Positions 20,384 to 30,565 of a stretch of 64,000 nt of DNA are shown here, piece by piece. This DNA comes from a bacterium (GTDB lineage Bacteria; SAR324; NAC60-12). Position numbers and translations under genes: made by a program. The notes beneath the pieces were generated by a model. It did no database searches. It was given only the letters and a program-made list of their open reading frames with translations, and was not told the DNA's origin. Within the stretch, counting starts at the first letter, position 1, and every line of letters begins with the position of its first letter. The stretch is taken from assembly GCA_965233585.1 (NCBI GenBank), contig CBDDTI010000295.1, positions 160,001 to 224,000 of the forward strand. Reading direction: 5' to 3'.

Positions 20384-21306
20384 AAGGAGTGGTTTCTAAA
20401 AAAATTTTCAGCTTGTTGTAGATCGGACTGAATTTGTAGTTTTAAGTCAGAAACGGAATCAAATTTGATTTCACCCCGTAGCTGTTTTTGTGGTATGACC
20501 TCTAAATTTTGCTCGTAAAGAGAACCTTCAAAGCCAAAGAGATAGGCTTCTAAAAGTGGAGTCTTTTTGTTAAAAGTAGGTCGGATTCCCCAGTTGATGA
20601 TAGCGTGAAATGAACGCTGTCGGTAGTGAGCAATGGCAGCATAGACACCATATTGCAAGGGCAACTTAAATTCAAAACTTAAATTGGCAGTGGGGAAGCC
20701 CAAAGTGCGTGCAAGTTGCAAACCTTGTTGCACTTTGCCCCTAATGCTATACGGACGCCCCAGCAGCTTTTCAACGTTTTGAAAATCACTCTCTGAAATG
20801 GATAATCTAATCTGACTACTGCTAACCTTTAAACGATTATCTAAAACAGGCTCAAGAATTTTGACATCAAAGCGATGTTGCTTTCCTTCTTCCTGAAGCA
20901 ATGCTATGTCTCCCTGACGATCTTTGCCAAACCTAAAATCTGCTCCTGTGACAATGCTCTTTAGGTTGAATTGGCTCAAAAGGAATTGATGGATAAATTC
21001 TTTGGCAGGCACATTGGCAACCGATTCGTCAAAAGTGACCGAATACATGGCATCAAGACCATTTTTTTTGAAAAATTCCCTTTGCTGTTCTGGAGAATTA
21101 ATTCTGCCTAGAAACCCAGATTTTTGAAAAAACTCTTTGGGATTGGGTGTGAAGGTCATTAAAACAGTAGCACCACCTAATTTTTGTGCTTCTTGTTTCA
21201 TCACTTGCAAGATATGACGATGCCCCAAATGGAATCCATCAAAATTCCCAATAGTCAGAACAACAGGCGTTTTGGTGAGATGATGTTGAGTGAAATTGAA
21301 AAGCAT
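20380..21306 (-). CDS. ribF: Bifunctional riboflavin kinase/FAD synthetase
   Basis: GNFDGFHLGH, DFRFG, VSSSQIR, LGFPTAN, GIRPTF. Confidence 0.97.
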   Translation of the reverse strand: MLFNFTQHHLTKTPVVLTIGNFDGFHLGHRHILQVMKQEAQKLGGATVLMTFTPNPKEFFQKSGFLGRINSPEQQREFFKKNGLDAMYSVTFDESVANVPAKEFIHQFLLSQFNLKSIVTGADFRFGKDRQGDIALLQEEGKQHRFDVKILEPVLDNRLKVSSSQIRLSISESDFQNVEKLLGRPYSIRGKVQQGLQLARTLGFPTANLSFEFKLPLQYGVYAAIAHYRQRSFHAIINWGIRPTFNKKTPLLEAYLFGFEGSLYEQNLEVIPQKQLRGEIKFDSVSDLKLQIQSDLQQAENFFRNHSL

Positions 21307-21485
21307 AATCTACAACAATAGCCTTCAAGTATGTCATGGAATGCTTGGATTTTGTAGAGTTTTGAAAATTTAAAACGTTCTTGTCAAACCTCCCCAGCAT
21401 CTGACTTGATTTTTTAGTCAAATCAGATTGTTCTCTTTTGATTTGTGTTACAATGTCGGCTTTTCAAGTTGATTTATGGTGAAGT

Positions 21486-22586
21486 ATGCGATTGACTTCC
21501 AAGCAAAAAAAGATTTTAGATGTCGTGATTCAGAAATCTCCAATCAGTGCAGTTGAGATTTTTGACACTTTAGAACATGTTGTCGGTCAGAAGCGTCGTT
21601 CTCGGCTCAATTCATTTCGTAAGATTTTGGGGCGAATGGTGAATCAACATGTGATGAGCAAACGACCTGATGGGTTGTATGTGCCTTTGTCTGACGATCA
21701 AATTTTCCGTTGCAAGAAAACAGAAGTGATTTTGAATGATTTGAGAAGGATTAGGCAAGATGGCAAGCCCTTCAGCCTGACAACTTTGCTTGGTTATGAG
21801 TCATTCCATTATTGGACAACAGCTCTTGTCAAGTTTCAGCAGACCACAGGCAGTCCAAATCTTTCAATCTATGAACCGCTAGACTTTGACACAGATAAGC
21901 TGGAATTATTGATGATGCTCATGGAAGTAGATTTAGAGGCTATGGTACGCAGTCATCTTATTTTTTGTCAAACACATCAAAAGACTTTGCAACAAACGGT
22001 TCATCAAATTTTGTGTGAAAAAATGAGTCATTACAAAATCTCTCGTAAAAAGCTGATGGCGGAAATTCAAGCATCTGCTTCTCATTCTTCTCCTTTGGTG
22101 GTGATTAAACAAATGCTAGAACCTGCAGGTATGCTCTCACCTAATGATTTGTCTAAAATTCTACAATCTTTCCAGACTTCCTTTTTACAAAACTACGTTC
22201 AACAAAAGTTGGAGCATGCGACTTTTGAAAAAGGAGAATCTTCTTTGGCTAAAAGATTTCCAAGCCTATTTTCTGGGCAATGGAAGTGGGATTTGCTTTA
22301 CACAAAAATGATTCAAAAGATGGTTCAATTTGCTAAATCTCAAAAGATTTATCAATCCCAAGAAGAGTGGCTTGCCAAGCAGAAGAATGAATCCAAACAA
22401 CGTTTTCAGCAAACGCAAGTGAATGACCCCTATGCCGTTTTGGGACTGCGGAGAGGAACATCTATTGAAGAAGTCAAAACAGCCTTTCGCCAACTCTCCA
22501 AACAGCACCATCCTGACTCTGGGGGAAGTGCAAAAGAATTTCAAAATATTCTACATGCTTATCGTCAGCTTATGGAGAAAAAATAG
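21486..22586 (+). CDS. Protein with C-terminal J-domain and possible N-terminal wHTH
   Basis: DPYAVLGL...VKTAFRQLSKQHHPDSGG at the C-terminus. Confidence 0.8.
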   Translation: MRLTSKQKKILDVVIQKSPISAVEIFDTLEHVVGQKRRSRLNSFRKILGRMVNQHVMSKRPDGLYVPLSDDQIFRCKKTEVILNDLRRIRQDGKPFSLTTLLGYESFHYWTTALVKFQQTTGSPNLSIYEPLDFDTDKLELLMMLMEVDLEAMVRSHLIFCQTHQKTLQQTVHQILCEKMSHYKISRKKLMAEIQASASHSSPLVVIKQMLEPAGMLSPNDLSKILQSFQTSFLQNYVQQKLEHATFEKGESSLAKRFPSLFSGQWKWDLLYTKMIQKMVQFAKSQKIYQSQEEWLAKQKNESKQRFQQTQVNDPYAVLGLRRGTSIEEVKTAFRQLSKQHHPDSGGSAKEFQNILHAYRQLMEKK

Positions 22587-22587
22587 C

Positions 22588-22615
22588 TTGCATTGTGATT
22601 TTGATGTGGTACAAT
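22588..22615 (+). promoter_or_regulatory. Promoter of the tRNA-Val/tRNA-Asp operon
   Basis: TTGCAT-N16-TACAAT with TGn extension, 16 nt before the tRNA. Confidence 0.6.
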
Positions 22616-22631
22616 GGTACGTTTTTCTCTT

Positions 22632-22707
22632 GGGTGCTTAGCTCAGCTGGGAGAGCGGCGGCCTTACAAGCCGTAGGTCACAAGTTCGATCCTTGTAGTA
22701 CCCACCA
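22632..22707 (+). tRNA. tRNA-Val(TAC)
   Basis: Cloverleaf: GGGTGCT/AGTACCC acceptor, CTTACAA loop, GTTCGA T-loop, CCA. Confidence 0.96.
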
Positions 22708-22716
22708 CCCTTAAGC

Positions 22717-22793
<77 letters not shown>

Positions 22794-22836
22794 CTTCTTG
22801 AGGCTTTGTCAGAAATCTTGATATTCAAAAAAAGCC

Positions 22837-24936
22837 ATGACTCTTCAAGTATTACCTTCTTATGTTTCTGGAAATTGGGAGGCAGGACGAGCTATTCATC
22901 AACCTGCACTGAATGCTTTAACACAAGAACCGATTTGTGATATTAGCTCAAAAGGTTTTGATTTTGCTCAAATTTTACACCATGCTAAATCTCATGGTGC
23001 TTGTTTGCGGAACTTGACCTTCCATGAACGAGCCACGAAGATCACGGCATTAGCCAAGCATCTCAACGGTTTGAAGAAAAAATACTATCCAATCTCTATG
23101 CAAAGCGGAGCCACTCTGGTTGATAGTCAAGTTGACATAGATGGTGGTATCCAAACCTTGTTTGCCGTTTCCAGTCTTGCCAGACGAGGCTTGCCTGATG
23201 AAAAAATTGCCTACGAACAAGGACATGAAATGCTATCCAGAAACGGCACTTTCATTGGTAAGCATCTTTTAGCACCCAAGCATGGCGTAGCTCTTTTAAT
23301 CAATGCCTTCAATTTTCCTTGTTGGGGCATGTTAGAAAAGCTAGCCTCGGCTTTTATTGCTGGTGTACCTGTCATTGTCAAACCTGCAAGCATCACTTCT
23401 TACATTGCTCAAGCTGTTGCTGAAGACATCATTAGCAGTGAAATTTTACCGATAGGAAGTTTTCAAATCATCAATGGGAGTTTAGGAAATTTATTTGACC
23501 TGTTAGATGAACAAGATTCAATTCATTTCACTGGTTCGGCTCAAACTGCCAATTTGCTCAAAGCACATTCAAACCTTTTGAAACAAAGTATTCCCTTTCA
23601 TGCTGAAGCAGATTCCTTGAATTTTGCCATGTTGAGTGAGAAAGCTGTGGCAGATGATGAAGAATTTACAGCTTGCATTGAAGAAATTGCAAAAGAACTC
23701 ATGACCAAAGCAGGGCAACGTTGCACTTGTATTCGCAGAATTTTTGTTCCTGAAACACTGCTTGAGGATTTTCAAAAAAAACTCAAAGCAAGGCTGGTTC
23801 AAATCAAAATAGGCGATCCAACAAATGAGCAAACTCAAATGGGAGCATTAGTTGGGCAATCTCAAAAAGATGATGTTTTAGCGGGGGTTGAAGAATTACA
23901 ACAGCAAGCCTCTATCATGTTTGATGGAAGTCAAAATGAAAGGCTTGGCAGTGCAGAAATTTTACAAAAAGGAGCATTTGTTCCTCCTATGTTGTTACTA
24001 GATGAAGCTGCTGCCACAAAAGAAAACTTAGTGCATCAAAAAGAAATTTTTGGACCTATCGCAACGCTCATTCCTTATGCTCATCTAGATGACGCAATTC
24101 AAGGTATTCGTTTAGGCAAAGGCAGTTTGACAGGCAGTGTTTATAGCAACTCTCCTCAAGAAGCCAAAACTTTGATTGCAGAAATTGGTGCATGGCATGG
24201 GCGAATCAACCTCATTAATCGTGAAGGACTAAAAGAAAATCCCGGGCACGGTACCGTCATGCCTCAAATGGTGCATGGCGGACCGGGACGTGCTGGTGGC
24301 GGTGAAGAATTAGGCGGGATTCGGGGCATCAAACATTTTTTGCAACGAGTTGGCATTCAAGGTTCAGCAGCCATGATCAGCCGTGTCAGTGGGGATTGGT
24401 CTCCTCATGCCCAATCTGAGAAATCCCAAAAACATCTTTTTCGCTTCACTTTCAATGAGCTTCAAATTGGTCAAGGTCTTGAAACCCACCGCCGTACCAT
24501 CACAGAAACGGATATTGTCAATTTTGGTTGCTTGAGTTGGGATCATTTTTATGCTCATTTTGACAAACAAGCAGCAGAACGTTCTATGTTTGGTAAGCGT
24601 GTGGCTCACGGATATTTCGTACTTGCTGCTGCTGCAGGATTATTTGTTGATCCTGCAGAAGGTCCTGTTCTTGCCAATATCGGTTTAGAAGAGTTGAGAT
24701 TTTTAGAACCGGTGTATGCGGAGGATACGATTTTTGTTCGGCTCACTTGCAAACAAAAAACCATCAAACCGCATCGTGATTTAACACAACCTCCTTGTGG
24801 CGAGGTCAAGTGGCTTGCACAAGTTTATAATCAAGATGAAACTTTAGTCGCTCAATATGTAGTGCTGACCTTGGTTAGAAGAGATGACACATGCAAGAAT
24901 GTCAGCCATACCAATTCTGAATATCAACCTGCATAA
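22837..24936 (+). CDS. paaZ: Bifunctional oxepin-CoA hydrolase / aldehyde dehydrogenase
   Basis: INAFNFPCWGMLEK, EADSLN, KAGQRCT, HGGPGRAGGGEELGG plus MaoC domain (RVAHGYF). Confidence 0.96.
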   Translation: MTLQVLPSYVSGNWEAGRAIHQPALNALTQEPICDISSKGFDFAQILHHAKSHGACLRNLTFHERATKITALAKHLNGLKKKYYPISMQSGATLVDSQVDIDGGIQTLFAVSSLARRGLPDEKIAYEQGHEMLSRNGTFIGKHLLAPKHGVALLINAFNFPCWGMLEKLASAFIAGVPVIVKPASITSYIAQAVAEDIISSEILPIGSFQIINGSLGNLFDLLDEQDSIHFTGSAQTANLLKAHSNLLKQSIPFHAEADSLNFAMLSEKAVADDEEFTACIEEIAKELMTKAGQRCTCIRRIFVPETLLEDFQKKLKARLVQIKIGDPTNEQTQMGALVGQSQKDDVLAGVEELQQQASIMFDGSQNERLGSAEILQKGAFVPPMLLLDEAAATKENLVHQKEIFGPIATLIPYAHLDDAIQGIRLGKGSLTGSVYSNSPQEAKTLIAEIGAWHGRINLINREGLKENPGHGTVMPQMVHGGPGRAGGGEELGGIRGIKHFLQRVGIQGSAAMISRVSGDWSPHAQSEKSQKHLFRFTFNELQIGQGLETHRRTITETDIVNFGCLSWDHFYAHFDKQAAERSMFGKRVAHGYFVLAAAAGLFVDPAEGPVLANIGLEELRFLEPVYAEDTIFVRLTCKQKTIKPHRDLTQPPCGEVKWLAQVYNQDETLVAQYVVLTLVRRDDTCKNVSHTNSEYQPA

Positions 24937-24942
24937 AAATTG

Positions 24943-26145
24943 ATGATGCCTCAAGCCTTCATTTGTGATTATATTCGTACTCCAATTGGTCGTTATGCCG
25001 GTGCATTATCCCGTCTGCGAACTGATGATTTAGCTGCTTTAGTGCTTCAAGAAATAACAAACCGCAATCCATCAGTGGACTGGGAAAGATTAGATGATGT
25101 CCTCTTGGGGTGTGCCAACCAGGCAGGAGAAGACAACCGCAACATTGCACGAATGGCAACACTGCTAGCAGGTTTGCCCCAAACTGTACCTGCAGTCACG
25201 ATTAACCGCTTATGTGGTTCAGGACTTGATGCTATTTTGAATGCCTCTCGTATGATTCAGTCGGCAGAAGCAAATTTGGTCATTGCTGGAGGAGTAGAGG
25301 GCATGAGTCGCGCTCCAATGGTGATGCCTAAAGCCACTGTAGCCTTTTCAAGGCAAGCTGAAATTTACGATACCACTATGGGATGGCGTTTTGTCAATCC
25401 TGCTTTAAAAGCACAATATGGAGTGGATACGATGCCAGAAACTGCAGAACATGTTGCCAAACGTTTTCAAATTAGCCGACAAGCCCAAGATGAATTTGCC
25501 TTTCAATCACAACAAAAAACAGCAAAAGCCATCGCCAATCAACGTTTGACAAGTGAAATCATTCCAGTCAGCGTTCCTCAACCCAAAGGTGAGAATGTGT
25601 TGATAGCTCAAGATGAGCATCCACGAGAAACCAGTTTGGAAAAACTTGCACAGCTAAAACCTCTTTTTCCCAAAGGAACGGTTACAGCAGGAAATTCCAG
25701 TGGAATCAATGATGGTGCTGCTGCAGTCTTAGTGGCTTCCGAAGAAGCCATTCAGCAATATCAGCTTGAACCCTTAGCAAGAGTGATTGCAGGAGCAGTT
25801 TCTGGTGTAGAACCAGCGATCATGGGAATCGGTCCTATTTCTGCGACACAAAAACTTTGTCAAAGACTGAAATTGCAACTAGATGATATTGGAATTATTG
25901 AACTTAATGAAGCCTTTGCCAGTCAAAGCCTTGCCGTTTTGAATGGATTAGGAATAGATACAGATGATGAACGGGTCAATCCTAACGGAGGTGCGATTGC
26001 TCTGGGACATCCATTAGGTATGTCTGGAACTCGTATTGCGGGAACGGCAATCAAAGAACTGCGTCTTAAAAATCAAAAACTGGCGTTAGCTACTATGTGC
26101 ATTGGTGTAGGGCAGGGAATTGCTGCAGTCTTTGAGAAAGTTTGA
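24943..26145 (+). CDS. paaJ: 3-oxoadipyl-CoA/3-oxo-5,6-dehydrosuberyl-CoA thiolase
   Basis: GCANQAGEDNRN, NRLCGSG, DTTMGWRFVNP, GHPLG, MCIGVGQG. Confidence 0.93.
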   Translation: MMPQAFICDYIRTPIGRYAGALSRLRTDDLAALVLQEITNRNPSVDWERLDDVLLGCANQAGEDNRNIARMATLLAGLPQTVPAVTINRLCGSGLDAILNASRMIQSAEANLVIAGGVEGMSRAPMVMPKATVAFSRQAEIYDTTMGWRFVNPALKAQYGVDTMPETAEHVAKRFQISRQAQDEFAFQSQQKTAKAIANQRLTSEIIPVSVPQPKGENVLIAQDEHPRETSLEKLAQLKPLFPKGTVTAGNSSGINDGAAAVLVASEEAIQQYQLEPLARVIAGAVSGVEPAIMGIGPISATQKLCQRLKLQLDDIGIIELNEAFASQSLAVLNGLGIDTDDERVNPNGGAIALGHPLGMSGTRIAGTAIKELRLKNQKLALATMCIGVGQGIAAVFEKV

Positions 26146-26152
26146 TAATAAT

Positions 26153-26193
26153 ATGTCAAAAAATGTTGACATGATGAAAATGAAGACTATAAT
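26153..26193 (+). promoter_or_regulatory. Consensus sigma70 promoter of paaA with overlapping inverted repeat
   Basis: TTGACA(26166)-N16-TATAAT(26188); ATGTCAA-N6-TTGACAT. Confidence 0.75.
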
Positions 26194-26234
26194 CTAGCCC
26201 AGAACAGCGTTACAACATCACAAAACTAGCAACG

Positions 26235-27209
26235 ATGTACAGTCAATTAGTAGAAGTTCAAGACCAAACCCTTGACGATGCCAAGCATCAGGAATTTCAA
26301 CAGCGAATTGACCGCGGAGAAAAGATAGAGCCCAAGGATTGGATGCCTGACGCTTACCGTCAAACCTTGATTCGTCAAATCTCGCAGCATGCCCATTCTG
26401 AAATTGTGGGCATGTCTCCTGAACGCAATTGGCTGACCAGATCGCCTTCCTTGCATCGCAAAGCCATTTTACTTGCCAAAATTCAAGATGAAGCGGGACA
26501 TGGGTTGTATCTCTATTCTGCTGCTGAAACACTTGGAGTAGAACGAGAAACATTAGTGCAAAACTTACTCAATGGTAAAGCCAAGTATTCCAGCATTTTC
26601 AATTATCCTGCTTTGACTTGGGCAGATATGGGAGCAATTGGTTGGCTTGTTGATGGAGCAGCCATTATCAATCAAGTTTCACTTTGTAAAACGTCTTATG
26701 GTCCTTATGCGAGGGCAATGGTTCGGATTTGTAAAGAAGAAAGTTTTCATCAACGGCAGGGCTACGATATTTTGTGGAAATTGGTTCACGGTTCAGAAGC
26801 TCAACGCAACATGGCTCAAGATGCTGTCAACCGTTGGTGGTGGCCTGCTTTGATGATGCTGGGACCGATGGATTCAGAATCAGTGCATGGAGATCAATCC
26901 ATGAAATGGAAGATTAAAATCATGGGTAATGAAGAAACACGTCAAAAGTTTTTGAATCAAACTGTGCCTCAATTAGAACAACTAGGACTCACTGCACCTG
27001 ACGAGCAACTCAAATACGATGAACGCACTGGTTCATATCAGTATGGTCCCATTGATTGGAAGGAATTTTATCGCGTCATTCAAGGTCAAGGTCCGTGTAA
27101 TAAACAAAGGTTACGTACACGTCAAAACGCTCATGATCAGCAACGTTGGGTGAGTGAGGCTGCTGGTGCATACAGCCAATCACAACACAAAAACAAGAAA
27201 TCAGCTTAA
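26235..27209 (+). CDS. paaA: Phenylacetyl-CoA epoxidase catalytic subunit A
   Basis: [26 protein letters not shown] diiron motifs. Confidence 0.98.
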   Translation: MYSQLVEVQDQTLDDAKHQEFQQRIDRGEKIEPKDWMPDAYRQTLIRQISQHAHSEIVGMSPERNWLTRSPSLHRKAILLAKIQDEAGHGLYLYSAAETLGVERETLVQNLLNGKAKYSSIFNYPALTWADMGAIGWLVDGAAIINQVSLCKTSYGPYARAMVRICKEESFHQRQGYDILWKLVHGSEAQRNMAQDAVNRWWWPALMMLGPMDSESVHGDQSMKWKIKIMGNEETRQKFLNQTVPQLEQLGLTAPDEQLKYDERTGSYQYGPIDWKEFYRVIQGQGPCNKQRLRTRQNAHDQQRWVSEAAGAYSQSQHKNKKSA

Positions 27210-27238
27210 GTTTGACTATAAAATCCAACTCAGGTGTC

Positions 27239-27532
27239 ATGGAATCTCAACAAGACAAGCCGATTCTCTATGAAGTTTTTGTGCGGTCTCAAAGTTCTGT
27301 TGGTCATCAGCATGTTGGTAGTTTACATGCCACCAATGATCGGGAAGCTCTTTTGAATGCACGTGATTTGTACACTCGTAGGAATGAAGGCATCAGCCTC
27401 TGGGTTGTTCCTTCGGAATCCATCATTGCCAGTGATTTTGCAGACAATGATTCACTTTTTGATCCTGCCAAATCTAAGGTTTACCGACATCCTACCTTCT
27501 TTCCTCCTCCAGAAGGAGTGAAAAATTTGTAG
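27239..27532 (+). CDS. paaB: Phenylacetyl-CoA epoxidase subunit B
   Basis: YEVFVR, HVGSLHA, ARDLYTRRNEG, YRHPTF. Confidence 0.97.
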   Translation: MESQQDKPILYEVFVRSQSSVGHQHVGSLHATNDREALLNARDLYTRRNEGISLWVVPSESIIASDFADNDSLFDPAKSKVYRHPTFFPPPEGVKNL

Positions 27533-27571
27533 AGATAGTCTTATTCATTAACTCTGTTATAGGAAAAAATT

Positions 27572-28588
27572 ATGTTCAAAAAAACATGTCTCAAAAGTTT
27601 CATCTTCTTTTCAGGATGGCTGATGGCATCGGCTGTTTATGCAGAAACGATGAAGATTGGAACGTGGCTCTCCCCTAAACATCCTCAAAATGCAGTGGTT
27701 CTGCCCACTTGGGGAAAATGGATTGAACTCGCAACGGATGGGCGAGTGAAAATACAACTAGTCTATCACCAAGGACATCCAAAAGGTGTTTTTGGTGATG
27801 TGGAAGATGGCAATTATGATGCAGGTTGGTCTTTTCATGGATACTTTCCCGGTAAGTTTAAGCTGACAGTGATAGCAGAATTGCCTTTGCTTGGTGCAGA
27901 ACCAGAAGCCGCTTCTGTGGCACATTGGCGAATTTATCAAAAGTATTTTAAAACTGGCAAAGCCAATGAGCATAAAGGGCTGGTTCTTGCTGGATTATTT
28001 TTACATGGTTCAGGTGAAATTATGATGCGTGAGCCTGTGGAGAATTTGGCAGAGATGAAAGGTAAAAAGATACGTGTAGGTGGTGGTGTTCAAGGTGCTA
28101 TTGCTGAACAACTAGGAATTAAAGCAGTGCCTGCTCCCGGTTCAAAGGTTTATGAAATCCTCTCTCAAGGGATTGCTGATGGTGTGTTCATGCCAGTCGG
28201 AGAACAAAAAACTTTACGTCTTTCGGAAGTCACCTCGTTCATCTATCAATCCCCACAAGGCATGTATCTAGGCAGTTTCAGTATCTTCATCAGCCCAGAT
28301 TTTTTAAGCAAGTTGAGTCAGAAAGATCGTGAAGCTGTCATGTCCGTTTCTGGAGAATCACTATCGGCTTTAGCTGGTCGTATCTGGCAAAAAAATGATG
28401 CAGAAGGCTATGCCAAAGCACGTCAGGCAGGACATCAAATTGTAAAATGGTCAGCATCGGATCAACGTGAATTTGAAAAAATTGCCAAAGAGATTGAAAG
28501 CGACTGGCTCAAAAGTGTTGAATCTCGCAGAGTTGATGCCAAAAAAGCACTTGCTGAATTTCGTGCCATTGCCCGAAGTTATCAGTAA
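27572..28588 (+). CDS. TRAP transporter substrate-binding protein DctP
   Basis: Signal peptide, ATDGRV, MKGKKIRV, YEILSQGIADG. Confidence 0.92.
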   Translation: MFKKTCLKSFIFFSGWLMASAVYAETMKIGTWLSPKHPQNAVVLPTWGKWIELATDGRVKIQLVYHQGHPKGVFGDVEDGNYDAGWSFHGYFPGKFKLTVIAELPLLGAEPEAASVAHWRIYQKYFKTGKANEHKGLVLAGLFLHGSGEIMMREPVENLAEMKGKKIRVGGGVQGAIAEQLGIKAVPAPGSKVYEILSQGIADGVFMPVGEQKTLRLSEVTSFIYQSPQGMYLGSFSIFISPDFLSKLSQKDREAVMSVSGESLSALAGRIWQKNDAEGYAKARQAGHQIVKWSASDQREFEKIAKEIESDWLKSVESRRVDAKKALAEFRAIARSYQ

Positions 28589-28597
28589 CATGCAATT

Positions 28598-28625
28598 CCT
28601 CTATTCCTTTTTTAAGGAGTAGAGG
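28598..28625 (+). other. Intercistronic stem-loop after dctP
   Basis: CCTCTATTCCTT-TTTT-AAGGAGTAGAGG 12-bp stem with no U tail. Confidence 0.6.
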
Positions 28626-28679
28626 TGACAGACTCATGTTTTTTAAATCTGATGAAAAAGGCAGTTTTACAGAACCACC

Positions 28680-29156
28680 ATGAACCTTTCCAAAATATCT
28701 CATTTCGTAGAAAGTCTTTTAGAAATTATCGTGTGTTGTTTCCTTTTCGCCTTGATGTGGATCACCACGGTTGATGTGATTGGTCGCTATGTGTTCAACT
28801 CGCCCTTGTTTGGTTCCACAGAATTGACAGAATTGACACTCACTTTTGTTTTTTTCGCAACACTTCCGTTACTCTGTTTGAAGAATGAACACATTTCAGT
28901 AGATTTGCTAGAACATCATTTTAGCTCCAGATTCAAATATGTTCGTGAAATCATCAATCAATTTTTATTAATCTTGTGTATAGCAACTATGGGCTGGGGC
29001 ATGTATTTACTTTTATTACGTGCTTGGCGTGATGAATTGGTTAGCGAAATTTTAGAGATTCCTACCTCCTACATTCTTCAATATACGTTGGCTTTGTTAG
29101 TCGTTGCTGTGTGGTCTTGTCTGATGTTTGTCATGGGTCACCTCAAAAAACGATAA
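28680..29156 (+). CDS. TRAP small permease DctQ
   Basis: 4 TM; DVIGRY.FNSP, ELTE, HISVD. Confidence 0.9.
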   Translation: MNLSKISHFVESLLEIIVCCFLFALMWITTVDVIGRYVFNSPLFGSTELTELTLTFVFFATLPLLCLKNEHISVDLLEHHFSSRFKYVREIINQFLLILCIATMGWGMYLLLLRAWRDELVSEILEIPTSYILQYTLALLVVAVWSCLMFVMGHLKKR

Positions 29157-29173
29157 TTCCTATATTCTTCAAT

Positions 29174-30502
29174 ATGGAACTTGCTCTCATTGGCTTTGGC
29201 AGTTTGATTGTTTTACTACTGCTTCATGTTCCTATAGCCATGGCGATGGGAATCGTTGGTTTTTTTGGGTTTGCGGTTTCTAATGGCTTGTTCATTGAAG
29301 AATCATTGATAACTTTTCAATGGAAGTCCTTATTTTATTTGGTAGGCAGAACCACCAATTCCCTGGTGCAGTCCTATGAATTATCTGTCATTCCACTGTT
29401 TATTTTGATGGGAGATTTTATTTCTCAAGGAGGTTTGTCCAAAGATTTATATCGCTTTGCCAACGCCTTAGTTGGGCATTATCGTGGTGGACTTTCACTT
29501 TCAACCATTTTGGCTTGTGGAGGATTTTCATCGGTTTGTGGGTCATCGCTCGCCACTACGGCAACCATGTCCAAAATTGCTTATCCTGAAATGCAAAAAA
29601 ACGGATACAGTCAAGAGTTAGCTTGCGCTTCTGTTGTAGCTGGAAGTACCCTAGGCATTTTAATTCCACCAAGTGTCATTTTGATCATTTATGGATTGAT
29701 TACAGAACAAAGCATTCGTGAACTCTTTGCTGCAGGATTCTTGCCCGGCTTATTAGGAATACTTTTGTATCTGGGGGCGGCACGTTATGTGGTTTGGAGA
29801 AAACCTGAGGCAGGCCCTGCTTCTCAAAAATATTCTTTTCAAGAACGTTGGCATGCTCTCTTGAAAGTGTATCCTTCTATACTTTTATTTTTAGTGGTGA
29901 TGGGTGGAATTTATGGAGGAGTTTTTACACCAACGGAAGCGGCAGGAATTGGGGCAACCGGTGGATTTCTCATTGCATTGCTGAAACGTAGTCTGAACTG
30001 GTCTTCTTTATTTCACGTTCTCAAAACTTCATCTATCACTTCAGCAAAATTGTTTCTACTGCTCATCGGTGCTTCTATTTTTTCAAGATTTATCAATGAC
30101 ACAGGGGTTGCTAATGAACTGACCATGACCATTGCTAGCTTACAAGTGAATCCTTATGTCATCATTATTTTGATGATGGTGGTTTATATTCTCTTGGGAA
30201 TGGTGCTTGAAAGTTTATCTATGATCTTATTGACGGTGCCGTTGTTTTTTCCTGTCGTTTCAGTCTTGGGTTTTGATTTAGTGTGGTTTGGAATTTTAGT
30301 AGTGGTGGTGACAGAAATCAGTTTGATTACTCCCCCTGTGGGGTTGAATGTCTTTGTCATGTCTAGTGTTCTCAAAGGAGTTACACCTACCACTATCTTT
30401 AAAGGAGTCACTCCCTTTTGGGTAGCTGACATGATTCGTCTCATTTTGCTGATATTCTTTCCAATGATGAGCCTCTGGCTTCCTAGTTTGGTTTACCGTT
30501 AG
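29174..30502 (+). CDS. TRAP large permease DctM
   Basis: IPLFILMG, GSSLAT, LGILIPPS, FTPTEAA, ITPPVGLN. Confidence 0.95.
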   Translation: MELALIGFGSLIVLLLLHVPIAMAMGIVGFFGFAVSNGLFIEESLITFQWKSLFYLVGRTTNSLVQSYELSVIPLFILMGDFISQGGLSKDLYRFANALVGHYRGGLSLSTILACGGFSSVCGSSLATTATMSKIAYPEMQKNGYSQELACASVVAGSTLGILIPPSVILIIYGLITEQSIRELFAAGFLPGLLGILLYLGAARYVVWRKPEAGPASQKYSFQERWHALLKVYPSILLFLVVMGGIYGGVFTPTEAAGIGATGGFLIALLKRSLNWSSLFHVLKTSSITSAKLFLLLIGASIFSRFINDTGVANELTMTIASLQVNPYVIIILMMVVYILLGMVLESLSMILLTVPLFFPVVSVLGFDLVWFGILVVVVTEISLITPPVGLNVFVMSSVLKGVTPTTIFKGVTPFWVADMIRLILLIFFPMMSLWLPSLVYR

Positions 30503-30565
30503 CATCTAATAAGCAAGAAACTTAGTTGGATTTGGCAACTTTCAGAAACTTTTGGAATGGAATAG

